In this document: positions 23,826-36,185 of the stretch, one piece after another | Layout: each line of letters starts with the position of its first letter | How positions within the stretch are numbered: position 1 is the first letter of the stretch | NCBI GenBank assembly: GCA_032718475.1 | Contig: JAUCBJ010004628.1 | Span: 1 to 51,255 of the forward strand | Reading direction: 5' to 3' | Length of the DNA stretch: 51,255 nucleotides | From: Nemertoderma westbladi | Taxonomy: Eukaryota; Animalia; Xenacoelomorpha | Notes under the pieces: model-generated | Databases searched by the model: none | Seen by the model: only the letters and a program-made list of their open reading frames with translations | Told to the model about the DNA's origin: nothing | Made by a program: the position numbers and the translations under genes

Positions 23826-25329
23826 GGCCCATGTGAAGAATACCAGTGTTCGCGCTTTTGAAGACCTTTAGCAGTTTAACTCGCCAAAATTTATATGTCT
23901 TTTAGTTAATTAAAACACCTTTAGCATACGACAATATTTTATGCTAATAAACAAAACATTAGCCGAAGTCAGCCCATGCGCGATCATTCACCCGATGGCT
24001 ACGCCCGGGAGGCTGAATTCGGATGCTTAAATTTTATTATTGCAGTGTAAGGTTGCAGTGTAAATCTACTGTATTATTCGATTGATCGTTAATAATTAAT
24101 TTCTGACTAATATTATTAGCTTTCGGGAAATATTAACAGTTCCTTTAGGACGTGGCGCTCTATCTATTTAAACAGAACTAGGACTTATACCAAACGCAAC
24201 GATACTGCTTAGGATTAAAGTATAAGGCGCATTCTTTAGGAAATGCTTTGTTACCAATCACAATCATGCACACTATTCTGCCGACCGTCAGTAAATTTGA
24301 TCACACATAAAGAGAGCAGCAATTGACTCATGTAGGGTCTGCTAAATAACATTAGCTTCAATACACACCACATTGATATAAATCGCAATTGTTATGTATA
24401 GCCTGTCTCTCTAACCTGTAGTGTATCAAGAAAATTGGGAATTTTGGGTGATTTATCCGTATTCTCCAAAGAGCAATATTTCCTCAATAAATCGATACAA
24501 TTAATAACTGACGGTAAATAACAGTACAAACAATATAATTAATAAGTAAAGTTCGGAAGAATAATATGATTACCAGTGAGTTAGTTAGGTAGGTAGGTAG
24601 GTTAACAGTTATACTTTCGATAATTTAAGCAGTTTTACTAGAGTTCTTCCCAAAAGCCGGTGTTATGGCGAAAAATGGGAAGACAACAACAGAATCATAT
24701 GAAGAATCATATGACTACTATGACTATACGAGGATACCAACTACCCTTATTCCCCGAAGCTCCCGTCCAACACAGAGGATGAGCATACAGATAGGAAATT
24801 CAGTTCAGTAGCTCTGGGATAGGTCAAAATCAACGCCCACTCAAATTCTATTGGCCGATACGGACAGCAGGGCTGAGGCAACCTCCCTAAGCTGGTTGGC
24901 CGATTAAACGGAGCCCAGATACCTTCGTACAGCACATCAGCCAATAAGCTGGTAGCTTGCACTATTTTAGCTATAGATCCCTTTTAGAGTATTCTAGCGA
25001 CCGGGGGGGAACTGGCCAGCAAGGCAAACGAATCAGTTATCCCACAAAAGCTTTTACAACCAGACTTTCTGCTGTTATATGTCTCTTTGCAGTTACTCCC
25101 TTCTGAAGTATACCAGGTTTTCACCAAGACCACAGGTTACAGAAGGGCTGAATCTAACCAAAACAATAAACGAATTAGTATATGTAAAGGTTATATATAA
25201 GACAGAAATAAGCGCTATAAAATACTTAAAAAAGATAAATTTAAAAAAATAAAATAAAAAATCTTCATTTATAAAATTCCAATAAAAAGTCGACCGAAAA
25301 GTGAAATCCTGGTATTCTTCACGTGCGGC
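23826..25329. mobile_element. ~285-bp MITE interrupted by an LTR insertion
   Basis: TIR GGCCCATGTGAAGAATACCAG / CTGGTATTCTTCACGTGCGGC; body 25059-25325 matches the uninterrupted copy at 46260-46530. Confidence 0.75.
23847..25058. mobile_element. Probable solo LTR (1212 bp)
   Basis: TGT...ACA termini with imperfect inverted ends (TGTTCGCGCTTTTG / CAAAAGCTTTTACA); 5-bp TSD ACCAG (23842-23846, 25059-25063); the 46.26-kb MITE copy has a single ACCAG (empty site). Confidence 0.75.
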
Positions 25330-26119
25330 ATGGGCGAATATAAGATTATTAGTAGTTATATTAGAGTTGATTGATACACGTTTCCATAAAAATATTTAAC
25401 TTTATGGGAATGATGTGTGTTTATAAAACTACAGTGTAAAACTACAGTTAAAAATCCAAAAATGTAGCCACGGGCGGAGCTGACCCCATAATAATAATAA
25501 TTCTCTAAAAAAATCTGTAAGAACTACTTCCAAATTCAACAATTTTTTTACTATTTCACTTGCCAGGCCCAGATGTAATACGGTTTTAGAACATCGTCAT
25601 GCACTGAAAGGAGGCCAGAGGAACAAGATATCCTTGGCAATAACTTAAATCGTTCTAGAATGTTTCGCATATAATGAAAACAAACATAGATAAATATAAT
25701 ACCAATACTACCGGTAGCTGTTGTTGTATTTTATTCGTGTAGGAAAAAGGTCAATAATCAGAGTGGAATATAATAGTCACAGTCATTTTGCGATTCTAGA
25801 ATTATAATTATGATACAGAATAGTACATCATGGTACTAGTGAGCTGGTTATTGCTTATTCCCTCGAAATTCACATTATGTAACTTTTGTTTTGGTTTGTG
25901 GTTTGTATATATTTATTGGCACTACTTCGCCCTGTCGACAGCCTCTGTCAATTTTTTTAACCATAAATTTTTTTGTGTTTTTCAATGTTTTTTTTGATAA
26001 TGGTGAATGTTCTAGAACCTTAAGTAGATATTTTTTTAATAACAGCTAGCGTTTTTTTACTAGCTAGCATTTTTTTTGCAATAACAAACTGGAACGTAAA
26101 TTAAACAAACGAAAGCAAA

Positions 26120-26858
26120 GGTGATACAGACGTTTTAGTAATACTGATCGGAGTTCACTTCTATTTAATATCCAATCATCTCAGTCTGAACATATGGTTA
26201 GCATTCGGTTCTGGAAAACATTTTAAATATTTTAATGTGAATAATATATCCCAAAAGTTAGGTGAGGACAAATCAAAGGGTTTATTGATGTTCCATGCCC
26301 TTAGTGGCTGTGACACCGTGTCCCACTTCAGAAATATTGGCAAAATAACTGCTTGGAAAACTTGGTTGGCCATGCCAGAAATCACATCAACTTTCAAGGC
26401 AGTATACGATCAGCCATTTAATCCCTTCCCAAATGGAATCGAAAGTGTAGAATTCAAAGCGTTGGAAAAATTTTGTCATACGTATGTATGACAAAAAATC
26501 AAACAGAACGAGTATAAATAATACAAGACGGGATCTATTCACCAAACGCAACTGCGTGATTGATCGCTTGCCACCAACTCAACACGCCCTTTACCAACAT
26601 GTGATGCGGGCTACATATCAAGCCAGCGTTTGGGCAGTCTGCACACAGGACAAACCGATACTCCCTTCACCAGCAGATTTCGGTTGGGTATTTAATACTC
26701 AATGGAATCCCGTCTGGAGCTCACTGCCAGACGCTGCAACGATGTGCCACGAACTCATTAAATGTGCATGCAAAAAGCGCAATTGCACAAACTGCAAGTG
26801 TGGGAAGGCTGGGTTTAAATGCACAGAATTATGCACTTGCACTTGCTCTTGTTATTGA
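26120..26858 (+). pseudogene. C-terminal remnant of Academ transposase protein (XPG/H3TH-like region + Cys-rich CXC zinc finger)
   Basis: DTDVLVILI...FHALSGCDTVSHFRNIGKITAW; frameshift near 26480; LPPTQHALYQHVMRATYQASVW...P.DFGW...CACKKRNCTNCKCGKAGFKCTELCTC; N-terminal part absent. Confidence 0.8.
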
Positions 26859-28179
26859 TCACATATGATTCGTATAATTAAAAGAATTGGTATAACTATA
26901 ATACTAAATAATTTAAATTTACAGCCTTGTGGCCGTTTATTTGATGTATAAACACATTATCCTCATAAAGCCAAAAGTGCAATATTTTTTAAATATAGAT
27001 ATCACCTTTTGTTTCTATAGAAACGTGCATCACAGCTCCAATATAACTACTAACCATCTTATATTGCTATAAATGCTGTTTATCTCCAGTTTCAATATTA
27101 ATTACACTAAATTTCAGGCAGTTCCTAGGGAAAGGTCACCTTGTTGCTATGGACACGTGTATCAGCGCCAATGTTATTACTAACAATCTTCTATTGCTAG
27201 ACAGGTTGATTATCCCAAGTTTCAATCATAATTTCATTAAATATACAGCGGTTGCTAGGGAAAGGTCACCCTGTTACTAAGGAAACGTGTATCAGCGCTT
27301 ATGTCATTACTAACCATCTTCTATTGCTAGTCAGATTGATTATCCCAAGTTTCAATCATAATTCCATTAAATATAGAGCGGTTGCTAGGTAAAGGTCTCC
27401 TTGTTGCTATGGAAACCTGTACAGACTTATATTATAAACTAACCCAGTTATATAATCGAAATTTTTGTATATGGTGAGTTTCAATAACAGAAATGAACAA
27501 TTTTACCGGCTGCTATGTAAAAGTCACTCTGTTGCTAGGGAAGTAGTCAATTTTTTTGGCACACAGGCTCAGATTAATCTACACATTTATTTACATATAT
27601 AGTCACATTTTCATGCTTTTGTCCGGCAATTAACGATTTTCACCTTAAGCGACCCCACTATACTGTTAATTAACTTTAACTACTACTTAATTAATTAACT
27701 ACTAAAGTCTTACATAATACAAATCTTAATGAGATCGCTTTGGACGACCATATCCAGCTATTTCTCATCTACATTCAGCATATTTGGAATCCTTGTTAAT
27801 TAAGTCTACCACCTATTTCACAGTAACCAACGATTGCTATAAGGTTGAGGAAAAAGGACTAGTGCAATATCGACGGAGACACTTTTTAAACGATTGCATC
27901 TAAAGAATGAAAGTGAGAATAAAAATTATGATTCACACCGCTAAAGGGTGAAAAGTGGCGAAACTATTTTGACTTTGAGTTATTCTTTTCATGATACAAA
28001 TTAACAGGAAGATGACATAATACATAATTTATAAGTAAGACCTCATTAAATTTCAATTTATTAAAGAAATTAATACTGATAAATAAATAATTTTTTTATT
28101 AATTAACTTAATTACCGTACCTATTGTATCATACATAATAATATTTTACCAGATTAATTATTAGATTTAAAATTATATC

Positions 28180-28672
28180 TAGGGCCTGAAGCGGTTAATT
28201 TTTCAGTCAACCGGTTAACCATTTCCAATTAACCGGTTAAAAAGTAGAAATGTTTGTGGTACAATGGTGCAACATACATACTACGGTACATACTATGAAA
28301 CTGAAAGTTATATCGCTGACAGTCCCTAAACTTAAGCTAAAGTACCGGTATGTATATTTTTATGTAAGCTAAGCTAAGAGGTATCCGTCCCTACTTGCAA
28401 TACTGTTAAGTGCCTCTATTGCTCTATTGTGATAGAGCCACCAGTACTATAGTGTATGTATACTGTACTGTAGTCCTACAGCTGCATACAGTACAAAATG
28501 AATTTCTGAAACATCGCAATGAGAAATAAACATTAATTAAAATGGTAACATACAGGTAATAAAACTGGTAACAGAACCTGAAAACCTCAAAATGAGACAT
28601 TAAGCCGGTTAACCGGTTAATCAATTTATAGCCGGATAATTTGAATTAACCGGTTAACCGCTTCAGGCCCTA
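28180..28672. mobile_element. hAT-type MITE, 493 bp
   Basis: TIR TAGGGCCTGAAGCGGTTAA / TTAACCGCTTCAGGCCCTA; 8-bp TSD ATTATATC (28172-28179, 28673-28680); subterminal AACCGGTT motifs. Confidence 0.9.
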
Positions 28673-30766
28673 ATTATATCATATTAAAGCTGTGCCAATT
28701 ACCGTACCTATAGGCCTAATAAATAATATTTAAAAAAATTAAACAAAAAATTAACAAGCTATTATATCTACATCATATAGCCTATAAACAAAAGTAAATT
28801 TTATACATCAAGGGACTGTAAGGTAAATAAAGCTACCGGTATTTAATTTAATACCGGTCGAGGAAAGAATTAAGTGCATTTTTTAGAATACAATGACGCA
28901 TATACGATATATACGTCTTTTTATTCTAAAAATTATTGCACTTAATTATTTCCTAGAAACCCTGAATCTTATCCCTTAATCTACAGTATATGCTTAACTG
29001 TTAACTAACTACATAATTAAGGCCTAACTACTGTACCGGTATTTGCTTTGAATGAACGGGATCCGCTCTTTACAAATTTGTAAACAGCGGACACCATAAG
29101 CGACATGTAAAGGATATTCAATGATGTCTATGGGATCCGCTGCCTTAATGGTTTGCTATGGGATCCGCGTTTTACAAATTTGTATAATGCGGATACCATA
29201 GACTATTATTGGATCCGCGGATCCGTGGTTTCTAGGATCCGCGGATCCTACTGGGATCCGTCATTGCTTCTATGGTATCCGCAACAGGATCCGCGGATTT
29301 TGCTGGGATCCTCGTTTTACAAGGGTACCATAATTATTGTATGTTCGAGAATGGAATATACGGATATAATACTTAAAGCAAATTTATCTGTATAACTGTA
29401 AATACGTAATTTTATTCTTAAATTGGAACTTTTTGTTGCTCAATTATTTTATAAGATAGAGCGATATAGTGTTACAATATAAATTGAACTATAGTATTCC
29501 ACAGTACTATATTGCTTCCATCGGGACTGCGATTAAAATTATTATTATTATTATAAATTATTATCGAATATTTATTACGTAACTAGAGAGCAGTTTAACA
29601 ACATAAAACCAATATTGTATATTGAGTTGAATGAGTTCCGTTTTGGAGTACGCCACGCAGACACTGAAGTTGCAATAACTTTTGAGTGCGTGCATGGATT
29701 TTGCTCAAATTACGTGCAAACCTTGTCTACGTCGATGCTCTTTCAATATATGTAATAACTAAACATTGTAATGCTAAATTTATTAATAATTACCAAAGTA
29801 ATTACGGATCTAGAATAAATAATGAGAAATCAACAGAATAAACTTCTAGATCATTGATTGGATAAATATTTTATTAACCGTATTTTAGGAACATTGATTA
29901 GTTAATTACTTTATTGTCCGCGCTTTTGCGTACAATATAGGGGATATTTTTAAAAATAACTATTTTATTCTTAATTGTTAGTTTTTCGCTCGAATTTACC
30001 CCAAAATCGGGAGAAAAGTTTGCACTTTTTTCCCTAAGGAAAAAAGTAACCCATAGGATTAGGCCTACGTTAATTTTACGTTTTTCCCGGCGAAAAAAGT
30101 CAAATAAAATATTTTTGGTGGAATTTCTCATTCAAACCCATTCACGCACTCAAAGGTTATTGCAAAGTTTATGTTGTTAAATTAAATTATTTTATTCCAA
30201 AATTGTAACATTACTCAACGCCGTTAGTATCAACAGCGAGTAGTTATTTAGCTTTATTAGAACTTTAGAGGACATTACAGCATTGTATTGGCCTGTACAT
30301 TTAGTATTGTATTTGGTGTTATTGTTTACGTGGTAACCAATGACGACGTTAAGTAATGTCCACTAAGGGGACATTACTTAACGCCGTCATTTGATACCAC
30401 GTAAACAATGGGTGGAATTTTTCCTGATAGCCAGATAGGCCTACTGCATTATCTATCTATAGACGGGGTATAGCTATCAATAACCAGTAGCGGCTCCAAA
30501 CGCCACCATAAATATAAGCTAACTTATTTATAACATAATTTATGTAATTTTTACATTTATTTATACAGCAACTAATATAATATGTGCGGTTTCTATCACT
30601 TATAATGTATATGTACAATAATTTCGTAATGTTAAAATTTTGGAATAAAACTACATACATACTTATTGCAAAGTACTTTACAGTGATCTGATCCTCGTGG
30701 CTTTTTTTTTTTCACTTACTCACTAACGTTCGTTCGTGTAACAAAGCCATTCGGATCATCAAACTG

Positions 30767-31187
30767 TAAAGTGCTACTTTACACACAAGTATGTAATAAA
30801 GTGCTACTTTACACACAAGTATGTAATAAAGTACTACTTTACACACAACTATGTAATAAAGTACTACTTTACACACAAGTATGTAATAAAGTACTACTTT
30901 ACACACAAGTATGTAATAAAGTACTACTTTACACACAACTATGTAATAAAGTACTACTTTACACACAAGTATGTAATAAAGTACTACTTTACACACAACT
31001 ATGTAATAAAGTACTACTTTACACACAAGTATGTAATAAAGTACTACTTTACACACAACTATGTAATAAAGTACTACTTTACACACAACTATGTAATAAA
31101 GTACTACTTTACACACAAGTATGTAATAAAGTGCTACTTTACACACAAGTATGTAATGAAGTGCTACTTTACACACAACTATGTAAA
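30767..31187. repeat. 30-bp tandem repeat, 14 copies
   Basis: Unit GT(A/G)CTACTTTACACACAA(G/C)TATGTAATAAA; source of the CKVVLYYILV pseudo-ORFs. Confidence 0.95.
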
Positions 31188-34100
31188 TAGTTATTACTCT
31201 GGGTGTATTAATTCCTGGTCGCTGATTTAATTTTTGAGCTCAGTTTTCAATTTTAGTGAAATCTAGTTTGTCTTTAAGTCTGTCTGTCGGTCTTTCTGAC
31301 AATCCGACTATCTGTCCGTCAAATATAAGAAAAGGGCACACCATCTAGCGAAAAGTTTAGCAATAGCGGTTCGGTTTTCCTGGTCGCAGAATACATTTCG
31401 AGAGTCAGTTTTAACATTTTATGACTTACAAATTGTCTGTTTGCCGTTCCGGCTGTCGGATAAATTTTGACGGACAGTCATACAAACAGAAACGACGAGG
31501 TCAAATTTGAATATGACATCAGAAATGAAGTGATGGACCAAGAAAACCCATATATACTAATAAAACTACATACATATTAGTTGCAAAGAACTAAGTAAGT
31601 AGTAAGTAACTAATTTAATTTTTGCAGTCTCTATTACTTATAATAAATGTAGGCCTACAATCATTTCGTAATGTTATAATTTTGGAATAAAACTACATAC
31701 ATACTTGTTGCAAAATACTTTACAGTGTTCTGATCCTCGTGGCTTTTCACTCACTACGTTCGTTCGTGTAACAAAGCACTCGGATCATCACACTGTAAAG
31801 TCCTACTTTACAAACAAGTATGTTAACTATATACGTCATTGTTCATAAAATAGCACATTATAGCGTTACTGCACGAGTGATTTTGTTTCCCGAGCGAAAA
31901 AGTCGTTCGGGAAATAATAGAACGAGGGCCGTAAAGCTTTAAAGTGCTAATTATGAAAAATGGCGAATCTAATTTTATTTATTTGTGGGGAATTATTTAT
32001 AGTTACGCACTCAAACTTTCTAGAACAACCTAATGACGCGGCGACATACTGGATATACTGGACATGGCGTAGGGACATACTGAGAAATAATGTCTCACTG
32101 CGATGTAAAGTAAGAAAATATGTCGCCCTGGCGATTTGATAGTGCGAAATTAATTCCAAACAAATAAATATAAATAGTTATAACATAGAATCATGAGTTG
32201 AAGAGTAGGCCTACAGTAATTTGATTGCAGTAACCATGGAGGCAATATAGTAAAATACTATAGTTAAATTTATTTTGACATTTATTTTGAAATTAAATAT
32301 ATTTAAGCAACAAAATAACAATATAAAAATAAAATAACTCATTACATTGGGAAAAAAACGTACAACAATTTTTTATAATATTCTCGTGACCCTTTATTAA
32401 CCTCAATGACGCTCGGTAAATAAAATTCCTCGAGAATAGTAAAAATAAGTTGTACTTTTCCCATGTAATAAATAATTATTTTTAAAATTTTCCCTTTATT
32501 GTTCGCAAAGGCCGGAATATCAGACTTTAATTTGCGGACAATAGAGTGATTATCCAATCAATCTTATAAAATGCGGATAATTATAACTATTTATTTTACA
32601 AAAATAAAGTACTACAGTCTGACAGTAGGCATACTCTATTTTTCTGGGTACTTTTGCACTTTAGTTGAACATGCCATTAAATTTTTATTAGTATGGTTTA
32701 TGTAATAATACAGGTAATGTTAAAGTTCTGGAACATATTGTGGACTCATTACATGTTAAATTGTTGTGGTAGCTAGTGTTTTTGATGGTACTGTAGCTAG
32801 TGGTTTTTTCCATTATACTGTAGCTATTAAAAAAATTGGTGTAGACATAACGTTATATTTTATTTTCTTCTCTAGGCACTTTATCACTAATAAATTAAAA
32901 ATATAAGCCTAATTTATATGTGTTTTGATGGTAGCTAGTGATTTTTCATTATAGCTATTAAAACATATTGTTATAGAAATCACGTTATATTTTCTTCTAT
33001 AGGCTAACTGGGCTCTTTTCACTAATGAATTAATAAGGTATTGGATTGGTACACCTTGGGTACCCATTGACCAGGTATTTTATACTAGCTAGTTTTGGAT
33101 ATTTTTTATATATAGAAGATGTGCTACCGTAGCTATCAATAATTGTGATAAATATTTTTGTTCTAGAACACCTTTTTTTGTTCTAGAACACATTTTTATT
33201 TTTTATACTAGCTAGTTCTTTCAACTTTTTTTATAAATGTTATAGAACATGTGTTAGCTATCAATTTTGATACATATTTTTGTTTTAGATCACTTTTTTT
33301 TGTTCTAGAACATTTTTTGAAAAAAAAAATGAATAGTTCAGGAATCATTACATAAATCCTTATTAACCGTGTTAGTGTTGTTTCGGATAATTTAGATTTA
33401 AAGATGGGTAGACTTGTTGATTTTCTAGTTTCTTTAGGCAATTTATTCCAGAGTTTGATTAATTTACTTGTGAGGCTATTTATAACCATAATTATTATTA
33501 GTTTTTGGAATCTTAATTTTCAGAGTGTGGGGATTTAAATTTTGAATTTCGTTATTTAAAAAAGGCAATTATAGATCTTGAAAGGGGTTTAAGGGGAGAT
33601 GAACACTTTTGGGGGGCCAAAATATAGAAAATTTTTTTTTTGCGGAAATCAAGTCTTCTACAACTCCTGAAAATAAAAATGTAAAAATGTAAAAATGTAA
33701 AATGTAAAAATTTTAAAGTAAAATATTGATCTGAACATATAAAATTTGGCAATTAAAAATGCAATGTCTGTTAGACAATGGCCTCTAAATTGGGGATTTT
33801 TTTCGAAAAGTACGTTTAAACTAAACAATATGTGAACGCTGTTGTTACTGCACTTTGACATAGAAGTGTAGAGGCACCTATAAAACAGGAGGGAAATTTA
33901 AACTCCGATTGGCATAGTATTAGAAGAATGCTACTGTTTGACTGAATGACTACTACTGTTTGATTGCACTGTACTGTAATAGCGGTATTTTATAATTAGA
34001 TAACAATCAGAGAGTCATTCAGATAGTTTCATGTTCAGTCTATTCACTTTTCAATCAGTTTTTATGAGAGATTAGGCCTACTCAACTATTCCCGTGCTGC

Positions 34101-34238
34101 AGTGTCTGGCAATTAATTTTTCCGGCAGCAAGACTGGTCGGTAACGGTAACGTACCTGTACCATTACTATAGTACCAATTACAGTTAGCAGTTAGTCAAT
34201 TCAACGTCAAAAGGTCAGTTAGTCAATTAGCCTACAAA

Positions 34239-35976
34239 TTGGAGATTTTTACTGTTTATTATTTGATACTGTACCTGGAAACGCCTCGGAGCAAACCCTT
34301 TGGTAAAAGGAGGGGTACCTTCCCTCCAGCTAATAGGCCTACTTCCAAACTGCCAACCCGGAGGAGTGCTTCGAATAAGAAACTCTCGAGTAATGGTACG
34401 CCTAAACTACCAGTATCTTCTCCAACCGAAACTTCGCACCAATTCCATGTTATCGACATGGACCTGCTCAATGACGCTTTGGCTTCATCTGTGTTGTGTA
34501 ACTGGTGCAATAGTTCCTCGGTTCAACTAACCGTCAATAGCTCCTACGGGATTGCAATGAACTTCTTGATAACTTGCCAAAATGAAAACTGTTCAGCCAA
34601 TCCTGGAACATTTTGGTCTTCCGCTAGAGGAAATACAAGACTGTTCGAATCAAATATTCGTTATGTCTATGGTTTGCGGTGTGTTGGATTGGGTCGTGAA
34701 CAGGGGAGATTGCTTTCGGCTATAATGAATATACCTCCTCAACCTCAAATATTTGGTCGATATACATCGGTGATCAACACAACTATTAAATCAGTGGCGA
34801 AGGAGTCGATGGTTAGAGCTACAAAGGAGGCAATTGAGACTAATACTTTGGAACCAAAGGAACATCTGGCCGTGAGTTTAGATGGTTCCTGGCAGAAACG
34901 GGGCCACACTTCTCTCAATGCTGTAGTAACTTGCATTAGTGTTGATACTGGAAAAGCCCTGGATGTGGAAGTCGTTTCGAAATACTGTGCTGGGTGTAGA
35001 AGTCCCTCTGTAGAGAACCAACTTGAACATGAACCTCGCTGTGTCAAAAATTTTGAGGGAACCAGCGGCGCTATGGAGGCAGCAGGTGCGACGGCGATCT
35101 TTTCTCGTTCTGAATTGGAACGGGGAGTGAAGTACTCCCACTACCTCGGCGATGGAGACTCTAGTAGTTTTCGGAAAGTGGTAGACTCAGATCCTTACAA
35201 GGGTGAGCCTGAAATAGCCAAGCTTGAGTGTGTTGGCCATGTCCAGAAGCGGATGGGAGCTCAACTTCGTCGCCTCAAGAAGGACTTCCAGGGCAAACCA
35301 AAGTTTGGTGTCCCTGCAAAAAAACTCGCTGATGGTAAACCGCTTGGAGGAAAGAATCGGCTAACTGATTCAGAGATCGACAAGTACCAAAACTATTACG
35401 GAAGGGCAATAAGGGCAAATCTAACTTCTGTTGAGGATATGCGTCGTGCTGTTTGGGCGACCTATTTTCATCGCCGGTCAACTGATGAGTTTCCATCTCA
35501 TAGTTTGTGCCCTCCCAGAGAGCCTAGTTGGTGTGGCTATAATAGGAGCTTTACACACACAATTCTCAACCGGAAGCTGTTATGGACGCCATAAAGCCCA
35601 TATTTCGCCAACTCTCCTCCCCAGATCTACTAAGGAGATGCCTCCATGGGAAGACGCAGAATGTAAACGAATCGCTGAATAATATGGTTTGGGTACGAGT
35701 TCCAAAGAGAGTGTTTGTTGGACGCCCAGTGCTGGAGATTGGAACGTATGATGCGGTGTTGTGTTTCAATGATGGATCTGTATCATCATCGAAGTACTGA
35801 GGCAGTTGGGAGTCCGGGAGGGATCATACACGAGGGCTGGCCTTGCTATCATTGATTCAGCTAGAATCCAGAAAGCTGACCAGTTTGTATGTAACCTCGA
35901 ACGCAAGGTTGCACAGGGCAGCAGCAAGCGAAAACGCAATAAATCGGAAGATGATTATGGAGCGGGTTTGCACTAA
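34239..35976 (+). pseudogene. DDE transposase (Mutator-like/Kolobok-Hydra type) with two apparent frameshifts
   Basis: SLDGSWQKRGH, KNFEGTSGAMEAAGA, YLGDGDSSSF, KLECVGHVQKRMG, QNYYGRAIR; continues in shifted frames as CLHGKTQNVNESLN (35582-35800) and ...DDYGAGLH* ending 35976; true start uncertain. Confidence 0.85.
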
Positions 35977-36132
35977 ACCAACTGTGAGTTCAAATACAGT
36001 ATATACCGGTACGTGCACTAATGGTTTATTATAAAAACTAACGTTTTAGTGTACTACTTTGTATGACTGTGCGTGGGGGGTTTAATTTTGATCTGTATAT
36101 AGTGTCATTTATTCAAATCAGACCTGAGAAAA

Positions 36133-36184
<52 letters not shown>
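36133..36184. repeat. (GACA)n microsatellite
   Basis: About 13 tandem ACAG units inside the transposon. Confidence 0.95.

Positions 36185-36185
<1 letters not shown>

Larger units (their letters stand above)
23340..27660 (+). mobile_element. Academ (XPG-type) DNA transposon, internally deleted
   Basis: TAGTGGGGTCGCTTAAGG...CCTTAAGCGACCCCACTA termini, 3-bp TSD TAC (23337-23339, 27661-27663), ~450-bp TIRs with 130-bp subrepeats, and an XPG-like plus Cys-rich ORF remnant. Confidence 0.8.
22804..29327. mobile_element. Outer foldback element with ~335-bp near-perfect TIRs (GGATCC/CCGCGG-rich)
   Basis: 22810-23145 is the reverse complement of 28987-29322; CCATAATTAT flanks both ends (22794-22803, 29328-29337), a possible TSD but nearly palindromic, so exact ends are uncertain. 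Confidence 0.8.

Noticed and set aside
30712-31190. Cys/Tyr-rich repeat ORFs (also 49952-50610)
   Set aside because: Artefacts of 30-bp and ~22-bp tandem repeats.
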